NCBI GenBank assembly: GCA_951406725.2
Contig: OX597822.1
Span: 13,082,001-13,146,000, forward strand
DNA length: 64,000 nt
Direction: 5' to 3'
Source of the DNA: Octopus vulgaris
Taxonomy: Eukaryota
Every line of letters starts with the position of its first letter. Within the stretch, counting starts at the first letter, position 1. Below are positions 1 through 13,723 of the stretch, in pieces. A program made the translations under genes and the position numbers. Under the pieces are notes generated by a model, which saw nothing but the letters and a program-made list of their open reading frames with translations, did no database searches and was not told the origin of the DNA.

Positions 1-982
1 TTCACAGGCAATACAGAACCCTGAGGACACTAAACACCTGCAATGTGAGCTAGACAAAATATACAAGTGGGCCGAAGAGAATAGCATGCAGTACAATGCT
101 GAAAAGTTTCAAGCTCTATACTATCAGCATGCAAAACTAAATGCAATACCCAATGAATACACTGGACCCGGAGGAATAGCAATCCCAGAGGCACAATCTG
201 TGCGTGACCTAGGTATTTACATGAGTGATGACGCGACCTTTCGTGTACATGTTGCTAAATTGGCAATGAAATGTAGACGACTGGCCGGATGGATCCTCAG
301 AACCTTTAGAACAAGAGAACAAGAAACCATGATGGTCCTCTGGAGGACACTTGTCCTAAGCCACTTTGACTACTGCTCTCATTTATGGTCACCATCCAGT
401 GTCAAGTTGATCACAGAGCTCGAGGCGATCCAACGTAGCTACACGAAGAAGATAGCCTCTATGCAGAATGTAAGCTACTGGGAAAGACTCAAGAGATTAA
501 AATTATATTCCCTGGAGCGTAGGCGGGAAAGATATGCCATAATATACATCTGGAAGATCCTGGAGGGAAGTGTCCTGAACTTTGGCATCGAGAGTTACGC
601 AAATGCCAGAACTGGGCGCCACTGCGTGGTGCCTAGGTCTCCAAACTTGCCATCAAGATGTAGGACAAGATTCTGTGATAGCCTGGGCTTCCGAGGCCCA
701 CAGCTCTTCAATATCCTCCCGAAGAACCTGAGAGACCTGAATGGGGTGGATACCGATGTCTTTAAAATGAAGCTGGATCTCTTCCTGTCAGGTGTCCCAG
801 ATGAACCAACTTCACGGCAGGAGGGGCAGATGAGGGCAGCTGCACCGAACTCTCTCATGCACCAAATAGCAGTTGCTAGAAAGCCTTCATGAAGTGAAAC
901 CAAGTAGCAACACCAAATGGCGGTGCCCCAGCATGGCCACAGCTCATAAGCTGAAACTAGAATCAATCAATCAATCAATCAA
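1..982 (+). mobile_element. CR1/L2-group non-LTR retrotransposon, 3' end (end of RT ORF, 3' UTR, (AATC)n tail)
   Basis: Frame open from base 2 to stop at 892 with post-YADD motifs (W...MQYNAEK, VRDLGIYM, LVLSHFDYCSHLWSP, SYWERLKRLKLYSLERRRER, FKMKLD). 3' UTR ends ggcggtgccccagcatggcc...ctgaaactag followed by (AATC)n. Confidence 0.9.
2..892 (+). CDS. C-terminal part of LINE reverse-transcriptase ORF (continues off the window start)
   Basis: Uninterrupted frame SQAIQNPEDTKHLQCELDKIYKW...; near-identical to the copy at 30158-31240, which carries the YADD motif. Confidence 0.8.
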   Translation, partial: SQAIQNPEDTKHLQCELDKIYKWAEENSMQYNAEKFQALYYQHAKLNAIPNEYTGPGGIAIPEAQSVRDLGIYMSDDATFRVHVAKLAMKCRRLAGWILRTFRTREQETMMVLWRTLVLSHFDYCSHLWSPSSVKLITELEAIQRSYTKKIASMQNVSYWERLKRLKLYSLERRRERYAIIYIWKILEGSVLNFGIESYANARTGRHCVVPRSPNLPSRCRTRFCDSLGFRGPQLFNILPKNLRDLNGVDTDVFKMKLDLFLSGVPDEPTSRQEGQMRAAAPNSLMHQIAVARKPS

Positions 983-1381
983 TCTTTATAGATAAAAGTA
1001 AGGTTGTGTGCTGTCTGTTTCCTACGATTTAGATTCCTAACTACTCCCACATTTTGCGGTGCAGTTTAACCAAAACTGGGTATCTTATAGTCGTGATTCA
1101 TATCGAGCCCTTCTGGGTATTAGCGCGTGTCCACGATGAGTTTACGATTTTAAAAAAATTTACCATCAATTTTTCCCATTTTTTATGCATTTTTGGCATA
1201 TATAAGGGAAGTAACTCTCTAAAAATTTATTATTAAATCTCAGAACGTAAAAAGCTACAGTAACCCCCCCCCCCCGTCTTGTGGGTAGCCATATTGAGAT
1301 GGCTATTATACTTTACATCTCTAAAAATTCTTATATAGTTATTTCCCTTACAAACCCGAGCAACGCCGGGCGATACTGCTA

Positions 1382-1382
<1 letters not shown>
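983..1382 (+). mobile_element. Non-autonomous Helitron
   Basis: Starts A|TC, ends with hairpin cccgagcaacgccggg then CTAG|T; second copy at 36871-37373 (-). Confidence 0.8.
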
Positions 1383-1440
<58 letters not shown>

Positions 1441-2171
1441 ACGGTGGAACTGGAAGTAGATAAGGCTTTGCGGGGAAAATATTGAGTTAATATATCTGTT
1501 AGATTTATAATATTGAAAAGTGGCTGCTGGGCCAGTTTTCAATATTCCGATGACCAGCCCTTAAAAATGATTTTTATTACGTCTCTCAATATTCCTAAAT
1601 TCTTCAGAGGAAAACCATTGATAAATAGATAAATAGATATTTACACATATAAACGCGTTCATATATACACATACATATATATGTGTATATGCGTATTTGT
1701 GTGTGCATATGTGTGTGTGTACGCGTGTTTATTGGTGTCTGTTCTATATATTTTCCAAACAATTACTTGAATTATTTTACTTTTATGTTCTCATCTTTTA
1801 TGGTGTAATTGTCTTCCAGCAGATGTTGAGCATACCACATCGAAATATGATAACATGTTCCTCATGGCCTTTCTTATTGACAGATAAACCAGATGTCCTA
1901 TAAAAATCATATTATGTTCCTATATTCATTTCATTGATGTTAATATCCAAAGTATTGCTATGATTCCAGTACTTCTCAATTCGCCCCACTCTTTTATAAT
2001 ATCACTGTAGCTTTCTTTCGTTCTCTTTCTCTCACTCACAATTTTCCTCCTCTCTTTCGTTTCTCCTGCATTTCTGTCATACTTCGTATCACCAACTCAC
2101 ATGTATAAACGGTTATGACAATGTGAGGGTGTATGCGTGTATGGTGTATATATGTATATGTTTATATATAT

Positions 2172-2217
<46 letters not shown>

Positions 2218-2260
2218 GTATGTATAAATATATATATATGTATATTTATATATGTATGTA

Positions 2261-2307
<47 letters not shown>

Positions 2308-2511
2308 GTATGTATTTATGTATGTATATATACACACACTTAAAGTATACACATATTTATATGCTTATGTGTGTTTATGCATACGTGCTTAAAACTGTCT
2401 CTAGAGCTTTCGATGGCAAAATCGTTAGAACAGTGGACAAAATCCCTTCCGGGACTTGTTCCGACTCTTCACTTTCTGAGTTTCAATTCTACATTACACA
2501 CGCATACACAC

Positions 2512-2570
<59 letters not shown>

Positions 2571-2681
2571 AAACACAAACACAATCACACGCAAACACGT
2601 AACACACACGTCACATAAGAATATATAAATATATGCATGTATAATAAATGTCCCCGTCTGTATGTGTGTGTGCGTATATCT

Positions 2682-2730
<49 letters not shown>

Positions 2731-3354
2731 GCATATACAGCTATATATATATATATATACATGCATATACAGCTATATACATAGCTATAAATATATATCC
2801 ATACAGGTATATGTGTATGTATATGTGTATATATGTGACTATGTGTCTGTGTTTATACATAAATACGCAACCTTTTTAAACATCCAGTATTTTACGTCCG
2901 TGTTGTAAGTGCCTGTGATCATACATGTATGTGAGCGTGCGCATGTTTGCCTGTAGAACTGTCGATGCCGAAATCATTAGAACTTAAGACAAAAGAAATA
3001 TTCGTTCAACTACATTTTGCTTCCATTATTTATTGGTTCAAATTCCATACCGTTCAGCTTACACCGTTCATAAATCTATGTCGGGAAACAAATTATACCA
3101 GTAGTAATCAGACACTCGGCCGGTCTATGCGAAAATCAGAATAGGACCCGAAAGTAGACTGACATTTTCCTCAATGTAGTTTTATTAAATCATGTAAAGA
3201 AACTAGCATTAAGAGTCCTTGGCTCTTTTTTCAGCAACAACGTACGTGTAGATGCGTCTGGCTTGCTTTGTTGGGGACTGCTGGTCTTTCGGGCAATCTT
3301 ATTTGAGACTGCATTTTCAAGCAGGACACATTATCAACGACCCATACGTAATAA

Positions 3355-3565
3355 TCTTTTCTACTTTAAGCACATGGTCTGAAATTTGGGAGAGGATGTA
3401 GATGATTACATCAACCCAAGCACTCAACAGGTACTTAATTTTTCGAACCAGAAAGGATAAAAAAACTCAAAGTCAACATCGGCGGAATTTGAACTCTGAA
3501 CGTAACGACGGCCGAAATTCTTCTAAGTATTTCACCCGGCGTGTAAATGATTCTGCCAGCTCATA
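3355..3565 (-). mobile_element. SINE family B (gagttcaaattccgccgaggtcgac type), degenerate
   Basis: Similar to 15562-15795 (ggcggaatttgaactc, gattctgccagctc). Confidence 0.7.
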
Positions 3566-3914
3566 GCCTTGACCCCCCATACATAATAATAAAACAAAAA
3601 CATTCTGAGGGCAAGATCCATAGACTAAACCCGAAGTACGTATTGCAAAAGAGGCAAAAGGAAACAAAAAACACCATTTCTATGTTGATGTTGTTTGGCA
3701 TATATCCCGTAAATGAGAGGTGGATAAATAAATATCGATAATGTAAGTATCAGACAGAAATAAATACACAAATCGATAAATTCAATATGAAATATTAAAA
3801 TATTTGCGACAGTATTAAGCCTCTACATCGAAAATAAATGTAAAGTTAACATACATACACACATAGCAACGCGCACACACATGTGTGACAGATACCAAAA
3901 CAAATGTGCATACA

Positions 3915-3953
<39 letters not shown>

Positions 3954-3974
3954 TCACATTCTTTTCTTATTTTG

Positions 3975-4162
3975 TTCTTTTAGCTGTTTCAGTCATTTGT
4001 CTATGGCGATGCTGGAGCACTGCTTTTAGTCGACAAATCCACCCCAGGACTTATTCTATCGATCTCTTTTAGTGAAACGTTAAGTTAAAGAGACGTACAC
4101 ACACCAACATTGGTTGGCAAGCGATGGTGGGAGGACACACACAGAAACACAATCACACACAC

Positions 4163-4231
<69 letters not shown>

Positions 4232-4418
4232 GCACACACATAAATTTATATGCATATATACATATGACGGGCTTCTGCCAGTTTCCTTCTTCCAAACCCA
4301 CTCACAAGCCTTTGGTCGGCCCAAAGTTATAGTAGAAGACATTTGCCCAAGGTGTCACACAGTGAGACTGAACCCGGATCCATGTGGTTGGGAAGCAAGC
4401 TTTTTACCACACAGTCAC
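3975..4418 (-). mobile_element. tRNA-derived SINE family A with central microsatellite
   Basis: Reverse complement of the 9243-9612 type: A/B-box head, cttgggcaa core, LINE-like tail gctccagcat...gactgaaaca. Confidence 0.8.
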
Positions 4419-4757
4419 GTCTGTTTCTTTTTAATGTTGTTATAAATACAAACTAACTTTAAACACACGACTTCCTCGGCATTTATTGTTAGGGTACATA
4501 TTTAATTTAACAAGCTACCGTTTAACAATGAATTCAAAATTTCAACTTGCACACATTTATCAGACATTTGATGAAGGCAAGCAAGGTGAAACACTGGACT
4601 CACTGTCAACCTTTTCGTTGTCAAAATTAATGTATATTAGTGTTGGTATGCACAAACACGAACACACACACACACACACACAAACACAGAGGCATATATG
4701 CCTACTTACATATATATGCATATGTACCGGTATATATGTATATATATATATATATAT

Positions 4758-4845
<88 letters not shown>

Positions 4846-4961
4846 TAAATTCAGAGTGAATACTTGATAAATGTAAGCACCTGTATATGCCAGCTATTGG
4901 CATAGGTGATAGGATATATGTATCAAATGAAGTAAATGAAAAACAGGACGCAAAGGATTTT

Positions 4962-5054
4962 GCGGTACATATGTTTCGGGCTTCATTGAACAACTTATTC
5001 TTATATCAATGCATAATTGATATAACAGATAGATCAAAAGCCTTCTTCAGCCGC
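4962..5054 (-). ncRNA. Minimal type-I hammerhead ribozyme motif
   Basis: Minus strand reads gcgg CTGAAGA aggctt...aagccc GAAA catatg TA ccgc. Confidence 0.8.
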
Positions 5055-5286
5055 GTACAATTACCACACTAAGGACATGTATCACATTATAACAGGTTTG
5101 AGAAATAGTTTGAGAAAAACCGAGTTTCATTAGGAAAGTAAATCCTCATAGGCGTACATGATATTGCTAGACTCCATAACCATGTACGCCTATAAGGATT
5201 TACTTTCATAATGAAACTCGGTTTTTCTCAAACTATTTCTCAAACATGTTATAATGTGATACATGCCCTTAGTGTGGTAATTGTAC

Positions 5287-5379
5287 GCGGCTGAAGAAGG
5301 CTTTTGATCTATCTGTTATATCAATTATGCATTGATATAAGAATAAGTTGTTCAATAAAGCCCGAAACATATGTACCGC
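5287..5379 (+). ncRNA. Minimal type-I hammerhead ribozyme motif
   Basis: gcgg CTGAAGA aggcttt...aaagccc GAAA catatg TA ccgc: stem I gcgg/ccgc, stem II ggcttt/aaagcc, palindromic stem III, GUA site. Confidence 0.8.
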
Positions 5380-5431
5380 AAAATCCTTTGCGTCCTGTTT
5401 TTCATTTACTTCATTTGATACACACACACAC

Positions 5432-5527
<96 letters not shown>

Positions 5528-5672
5528 ATGTATGTAAATATATATATACATATACATATTTATGTATACATACTTATAGACTATATGCATATATGTACAC
5601 TCATATATGTGGTAGAGAAAGAAACAGACATGCAGAAATGGAAGGTGAGAGAGAGAGGAGAATGCTGTGCAC

Positions 5673-5752
<80 letters not shown>

Positions 5753-6567
5753 GTAGGTAGGTAGGTAGGTAGGTAGGTAGGTAGGTAGGTAGGTATGTAG
5801 GTAGGTAGATATGTATGTGTATGCATTTATATATACCAAATTCACATGCGATGGTTTTCTCAGCCGGAACACATACTCAGAGCGGCACACGGAAACCACG
5901 TGATTGACAATAGAAACCCTAAACCACAAAAACTATGTTTGTGCCTACACAACTATGAAGAGAAACATCATGTGAATTCAGTAATTTAATCTTCATTACT
6001 ATTTCGAAAGATCTGGAATCACCAATGGAACAATGATCACATCAAGTTATGCTGCCCGTAAATCTTGTCCTGGTTTCACGTGCAAATCACCATTTAATGA
6101 GAAATGAGAATATTTCTGACATTAAGGTCAAAAGTTTAAAAGTAATTTATTCCTTATAATTTATTTATCTATATATATATATATTTAATATATATAATTT
6201 ATTTATATATATATATATTTAGTTCTAATGTGTGTATTATTTAAATAAGTGAGGCTTTATTTTCATAGTATGTATGCTCATTCATTTTATATTCCAGAGA
6301 AATTTTGAACGATATAGTCGTAGACATAACTGTGTGGTAAGAAGTTTGCTTCTCAACCACATGGTTCCGAGTTCAGCCCCACTGTGTGTCTTCTACTATA
6401 GCTTCTGACGGACCAAAACGTTGAGAGTGGATTTGGTAGAGGGAAACTGAAATAAGCCCCTTCTATATGTGTGTGTGTGTGTGTGTGTGGCCACAGCCTT
6501 TGGCTGAAACATAAAAAAAGAGAAGAATAAAATTATATATATATATAGATATACATATATATACATA

Positions 6568-7225
6568 TATAATTATAAATTAGGGTATCTACGAGATACC
6601 ACCATGCTGAAAATAGCAGTCGTGATCTGGCTCTAAAACCACATGTGAAGGTTATTTTTTACATGCTAGCCACTTGATAAACTCGTAATTTTATTTTAAA
6701 TTAACGATCTTATCCTTATTTGTATAAATTTAAATTTATTTCGTCACTGTATTTACTGCGGTGATATTTTAACTATATCTCACATGGAATTAAACGGCGG
6801 GCATTTTGAATTGGCCATGATGCATACGTGCATATATGTGTATGTATACGTTCATATATGTAAGTATTCGTATGTTGTATTTATATATATATATGTATTT
6901 ATGATTCTTTTCTGTGTGTATTCTACTGACGAGGCAAAGCATTCCAATATGCAAAGTCAAAAATCCGGGATCTAGAATTATCCAGTAATTTTTTACTAGC
7001 TTTATATTGTAGCTTTATATTGTCTCTTTGTTTTCTCTCTGTGTTTGCGATATGGCCAATTAAGGTGGTTTTAAAGTCAGATCATGACTGCTATTTTCAG
7101 CATGGTGGTATCTCGTAGATACCCTAATTTATAATTTTAATAATTATTACCTTTGACGGTTATTTTTTTCCATGCTGGCCACTTGATAAAATCGTTATTT
7201 TATTTTAAATTAACGATCTTATCGA
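6568..7225. mobile_element. Penelope-like pseudo-LTR module (inverted plus direct repeats) with degenerate hammerhead
   Basis: 6568-6642 inverted to about 7066-7135; about 6650-6714 directly repeated at about 7158-7223; attcta CTGACGA ggc...gtc aaaaa tccggga TC tagaat at 6920-6978. Confidence 0.65.
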
Positions 7226-7426
7226 TATTTATACCTGGCTTGGAAAAGTCAAAGGTTCAACTCGTGCGCCTTAAAGACAAACTCTTCAAGATGGTGTCCA
7301 ATCTGACCGCAATCTAATGACTGAAACAAGTAAAAGATGTTAGCATGCATGAAATATGTATGTCAAATATGGTGAGGGTTGTAATTTCAGGTTTGATCCC
7401 ACTGCACTGCACCATGGCAAATTTTG

Positions 7427-7461
<35 letters not shown>

Positions 7462-8148
7462 AATCATTGTAAAGTAGAGACAGACATGACATAAAGACAA
7501 AAAAATTAAGCGAGAGCTTTGGTCGGCCCGAGGCAATAGTAGAAGACACCTTCCCAAGGTGCCACGCAGTGGGACTGAACCCGGAACCATGTGGTTGGCA
7601 CACAGCCAGTCTGTTTAACTGCATACTTTCAGTTACAGCTATAAATATATCGCCCTGACATTGTACATACACACACCTGTGTGTATGTGTCTATATACAT
7701 GTAGATAGAGTACAGATAATACACACCAGGCAAACGGATATCGGACAAGAGGAATGGACACGGAACATGTGCTAATAAAATGTCAAGCTATTCACGGTCA
7801 GCACACACTACCATGATCCCAATGGAGCGACTGAAATGATTTTTTAACAAATGCGGAAGAATTGCAATGATGTGGGGTGGGGGTACCGTTTATTTCATAT
7901 ATTTGCATTAATTTATGTTTCTTTATGGTTCATGAAATTATTTTCGTTAACTAATCCCAGCATCCAGTATTTATTTTAGCGCAACAGAAAATAATGGAAA
8001 CATTTATTTAATTTCCGAAAGATAATTTTAATTCAATTTACCTGCTATATCTAAAGTGTCTATACACATATACACACATACATACATACACGCGCATATA
8101 TAAATATATATATATATACATACATGTATGTTTAAATACTTAAATGCC

Positions 8149-8345
8149 TATGTATATGTGTACTACACACATGCATATGTATATGTGTACTACACACATG
8201 CATATGTATATGTGTACTACACACATGCATATGTATATGTGTACTACACACATGCATATGTATATGTGTACTACACACATGCATATGTATATGTGTACTA
8301 CACACATGCATATGTATATGTGTACTACACACATGCATATGTATT
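8149..8345. repeat. 27-bp minisatellite (catatgtatatgtgtactacacacatg), about 7 copies
   Basis: Read directly; gives the YVYVYYTHA repeat in the ORF track. Confidence 0.95.
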
Positions 8346-9242
8346 TATGTACATATAGTTATACATAAATATGTACAAGGGCAATTATACATAGATGCAC
8401 ATATATGTATGTATTATGTATGTATACTCACAAACATGCTTGTATATTTAATTTAAGTGACGAGAAAATATTTAATCCGATTTTATATACTTAATTTTAG
8501 AAGCTAATAATGCAATATACAAAACTAATTACAAATAACGACATTTTATAATTATATATCTAATGGTGTATAAATATGGAAGGAAGTTTCTGTTTACGCA
8601 TTACTGTCAAATAGACAGTTATTATATCATTATAAGTTACCGTATTTGTTTTTCCAAGACATAACGCATGTCTGTTTGCTTGCGCTAAACTTATTTTCTC
8701 CAAATTTAAAATATATTTAGATATTCATGTCTCTAGATGCAGGCCTAGCTGTTGGGGGTGCTTGTCTCCCCTTCGTAAATATGAGGACACAGGAAATGTG
8801 TCAAAGCCGACAGGAAGCGTCGATGCTTCCTAGGGCTAAATAGCGGTGGTGTGATTCCCTTTACGGTACTGTCACGTTAAGTTGACAGTATACAACCGCT
8901 CTATCGTTCCACCACCGCTCATATCTCTCTGAGATATTTAGAAATTTAATATGTCTAAAATACATTTCTTTTCCACTCATTGTAGTTCTCAATACATGTT
9001 TCTCAACACTACGCTTCCATTTATAAAAGGAAACATGCCCTTGGTTGTCTGTAGACCCATGTGGTTTCTTAACTACTTTTGTAAATCCTCTCATCGTTTT
9101 ACACACACACACATACACACACACATTGAAAATTTACTGATTTATTAGACGTGCATCTGTAGTTGAAAAGCGAAAAGCTGTGAATTTAGTACGGGAAAAG
9201 TCCCTTTATAGACATGTTATATTAAAAAAATACAATATATAT

Positions 9243-9612
9243 AGGCGCAGGAGTGGCTGTGTGGTAAGAAGCTTGCTAAACAACCACATGGTTCCGGGTT
9301 CAGTTCCACTGCATGGCATCTTGGGCAAGTGTCTTCTGCTATAGCCCCGGGCCGACCAATGCCTTGTGAGTGGATTTGGTAGGCGGAAACTGAAAGAAGC
9401 CCGTCGTATATACGTATATATATATATATATATATATGTGTGCGTGTATGTTTGTGTGTCTGTGTTTGTCCCCCTAGCATTGCTTGACAACCGATGTGTT
9501 TAAGTCCCCGTTACTTAGCGGTTCGGCAAAAGAGACCGATAGAATAAGTACTGGGCTTACAAAAGAATGTCCCGGGGTCGAGTTGCTCGATTAAAGGCGG
9601 TGCTCCAGCATG
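9243..9612 (+). mobile_element. tRNA-derived SINE family A
   Basis: Head ggcgcaggagtggctgtgtggtaag...gggttcagttcc (A/B-box-like), cttgggcaagtgtcttc core, central (TA)n, tail ggcggtgctccagcatgg. Confidence 0.85.
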
Positions 9613-9614
9613 GA

Positions 9615-9929
9615 GAGAGTAGAATTTCAAGGCTTTAAGGCGGTCCCAATAATCGAGAGCAGCCATACCTTCAATTCGTTTAGTGAGTGCCCTCTGGGGT
9701 GATTCAATCCTCGAGATGTTTTGTCTTGTATGGGGAGACCACAGTGTGCAGTAGTATTCGAGATGTGGCCGTACAAAGGAGGAGAAAAGTGGTATGATGA
9801 CACCTTGTTATCTGGACCGGAAAGTTCTTAAGATCCAGGAACTCATCCTATGTGCTATATCGACCTTATTGTTGATGTGTGCACTCCAACTGAGATCGTC
9901 ATCAACAATTACACCCAAGTCTCTGATAT
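9615..9929 (-). mobile_element. CR1-like LINE fragment (different family)
   Basis: Minus strand reads IRDLGVIVDDDLSWSAHI...WILRTFRSR*...FVRPHLEYYCTLWSPH...DYWDRLKALKFYS. Confidence 0.8.
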
Positions 9930-9938
9930 TATATATAA

Positions 9939-9996
<58 letters not shown>

Positions 9997-10899
9997 CGTG
10001 GATGTTGTGTTATGTGCGTCATATGTGTGTGTGTGTGTGTACATACACCTGTACAGTTAACGAAATAAAGCTAAGTGGAAGGTCGTTGTGAATATTAAGC
10101 TGAGGTCCTTTACTTCTTATGTCAAAGGTAAATGGCGTACAAACCTTTTTAGCTACCTTTTTTTATTTCCTTAATGGTATTTCCTCCTCTCTGCACACGT
10201 GAGCCTGCGGATGCTTACGCGCACGCGCACCCCTATAGTGTCCTACAGGCGCACACAGAACGTACGCATATGTGCGTGCATATAGGAAGATATAATTTTA
10301 CTGTTCAGTGGTAAGTCACTAATTTATTTCCGACTTTACCCCCCATCTCCCTCCCCTTCTTCCCCCTCCTTTCTTCATCTCTCCTAGCACATCCGCCTTA
10401 CCTCTTCTCTTCCTTTTCTTCTCATTATTCATAATTTCACTTCTAAAAATTCTTCTCTTTTCTTTTCATTGATTCTGTCTAAATGTATATTTTTGTTTGC
10501 AACAATATTTGTATTTATTTACCTTTGACATAGTAAATGACCCCAACTTAACATTCACAACGACCTTCCCCTCGGTTAACTTCAATTTGACCAATATTAC
10601 CCCTATCTCTGACCTTTTCAGCGACTCTTTCCGTCCTCGTGTGTCCTCTTCCTTCTCTAAGTACATTCTGTTCTTCTATGATGTGCCACTGAATCGGTCA
10701 CAGATGTGTGAGGAAAGATTTCTGGACAATGGACATACGTTAGAATAAGAAGAGTATTCTGACTTATGTTATATTCAATATATACAGTACGCTTGTTTAT
10801 TTGGCTAAAAATAATGACCATCATAAAATACAACGATATCTCTTTCAACGCATGGTTTCATATCAGTAAACTCACAACTCAAATTCATAAATGCTTTAC

Positions 10900-10960
<61 letters not shown>

Positions 10961-12322
10961 GAGAGATATACACAAATAATATTTATCTTGCTCATGATAA
11001 AAAAACACATACTCATTTATGTAAATTACCAATTTTAAAATTGTATTTTCTAAATGCCTAAGCTCTTATACGTCAGAAGAAATTTCTATAATACCAGCGT
11101 CAGTTTTTAGAAGTATTTATTCAGTTTTGATTTCATTTCTGTATTGTTGGCTGGTTTTTTTTTCTTATTTTTTCTTTCGTTATTTCTTTGCATAGCCTTT
11201 CCAAGATCTTCTTTTAGTATGTCTTTATAAATTAGCATTAAAAAAATAAGCTTATTTGTAAGATGATAATTAGCAGGTGTTAATCAATTGCGGTCAATTA
11301 TAGTCCTGTTATCTTGTATTTTATTTCAAATAGAATCTCTTTCAAGCAAGTCCCATGCTGTAGGCTTCAGTGATGCGACAGAGATAACATGGGATATGTA
11401 AATCTTAGTTATTAGTTGTATGCATATGTGTGTGCCTGTGCATGTGTGTGTGTGTGTGTGTGTGTGCAGGGCGAGTGTGTATGCGTGAATGTAAGCATGT
11501 GTTCGTGTGTGTGTATTCTCATCATTATATATGTATATATATATTTTTATAACAATATGCATGTATATGTATATTTGTGTGTATTCTCATCATTATATAT
11601 GTATATATATATTTTTATAACAATATGCATGTATATGTATATTTGTGTGTATACCTATATATATGGATATCTATTTGTATGTATGCCTATATATATGGAT
11701 ATCTATTTGTATGTATACCTATATATATGGATATCTATTTGTATGTATGCCTATATATATATATATGGATATATATATATATATACACACACACAATTAT
11801 ATATATATATATATATACAGACTATATATAATAACCTTTATACGTACATATATTTATGCATTTACACACACACACACATACGTGTGTTCGTAAGTATGTA
11901 TGAGCATGCACACTGATGCACGTGGAAGCCGTATTAGCTGTTCGGCAATGATATTTGGCAGCAAGATCTTCGATGAACCGGAAATTGGAGTGAAATTGTT
12001 TAGCTTTTAACTTGTCGGCTTTAATTAAATATCTTGTAGATTGTAATTTGCTAGCACAAATGATATAATTTGCCCAGAAAGATGCGGAATGCGTAACCAT
12101 TGCGTTTCCGGATATCCTGATTTATGGTCGTGGAGGTTTTACAGCTACAATGTATCAACAGAATAGATGTATCAAGATAAATATCAGGACGACCAGAGGG
12201 ATGGAGTGACAGGCTGAACTTTGTAGGACAACTGGAAACGGCAGAGAGACAAAGAAAGGTAAACATTAACGAATTCCTCTCTGTATGCACATACGGATAT
12301 GTGCATACACATATATATGTGT

Positions 12323-12451
<129 letters not shown>

Positions 12452-12497
12452 ATATATATATATATTATATGTATATATATATATATATATATCATAA

Positions 12498-12562
<65 letters not shown>

Positions 12563-12794
12563 TATATACATATATACATATATATATATATAAAGATATA
12601 TATACATAAATATATATATAAATATCACTGAAGCAAAATAACACCAAATATATAGTGTTTTTATTGGCTAAACTGGCAATATGACCATTCCGAAATATAT
12701 ATATATGTATGTATATATAAACGTATATATAAATATATATATATATATATGTATATATATACATATATATGTGTGTGTGCATATGTAGTGAAAA

Positions 12795-13080
12795 TGTGCT
12801 TCTTGGTTGTCATATAATTGCACTCACGATTGCAAGATCGCGGGTTCGACTCCCGGGCCGAACCGTGCGTTTTAAACTGGAGCAACACTTCATTTCACGT
12901 TGATCCAGTCCGCTCAGTAGTAGACGTGTAGACCTATGATGGAGCAGCTTTCCAATCAGGGGGCAATGTTGGTCTGCTCAGCCAGCCAGCGGGATAGAGT
13001 TACTCGAAAGCTAAAGCGATACAAATTACAATGTAACCAGTAATCTAGTGCAACATCTGATGGTCAGGTCGATCACTCGA
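12795..13080 (+). mobile_element. tRNA-derived SINE family C
   Basis: B box gggttcgactccc, then gagcaacacttcatttcacgttg shared with 54130-54300. Confidence 0.6.
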
Positions 13081-13529
13081 AATATATTAACAACTTACAA
13101 ATAAGGGCAAACGAAAATATTTCCAATGCCAAACATGCCGAAAATTGGACATACTGTCCATCACCATGTAATTCCTCACGACTCGCACGCTACTCGAAAA
13201 AAAGCTGACAGAAATTTCTAAAAAATGGAATTTTTTAGAAATTTCTGTTTTACGTTGCACCAGTTAATTCAGTTGTAGAAATGAGTTGAGACATCACTGG
13301 TGCCAAGCTGTATCGGCCTTTGGCTTTCTTTTGGATAACATCGGTGGCGTGGAGAGGGGAGACTTGTGTGTATGGGCGGCTGCTGACCTTCCGCAAACAA
13401 CCTTGCTGGGACTTGTGCCTCGGAGGGTAAATTTCAAGGTGCAATCCCATAATCATTCATGACCGAACCGAAGGGGGTCTCCTCCTACATATTTATGTAT
13501 GTATGTATGTATGTATGTATGTATGTATG

Positions 13530-13560
<31 letters not shown>

Positions 13561-13653
13561 GTATGTATGTATATATATAGAGAGAGAGATAGATAAAACT
13601 TACTTGGAATAGGATACGTGGCATTCAATCATATAATAATATAAATAATACAT

Positions 13654-13722
<69 letters not shown>

Positions 13723-13723
<1 letters not shown>

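Larger units (their letters stand above)
4919..5422. repeat. Fold-back element, about 242-bp near-perfect arms and 20-bp loop, one hammerhead per arm
   Basis: 4919-5160 is the reverse complement of 5181-5422, with few mismatches. Confidence 0.95.

Noticed and set aside
8149-8345. Regular 27-bp repeat as a CRISPR array
   Set aside because: No spacers and no cas genes; a simple minisatellite in eukaryotic DNA.
12841-12860. gggttcgactccc as a tRNA gene
   Set aside because: No cloverleaf; it continues into a SINE body shared with 54130-54300.
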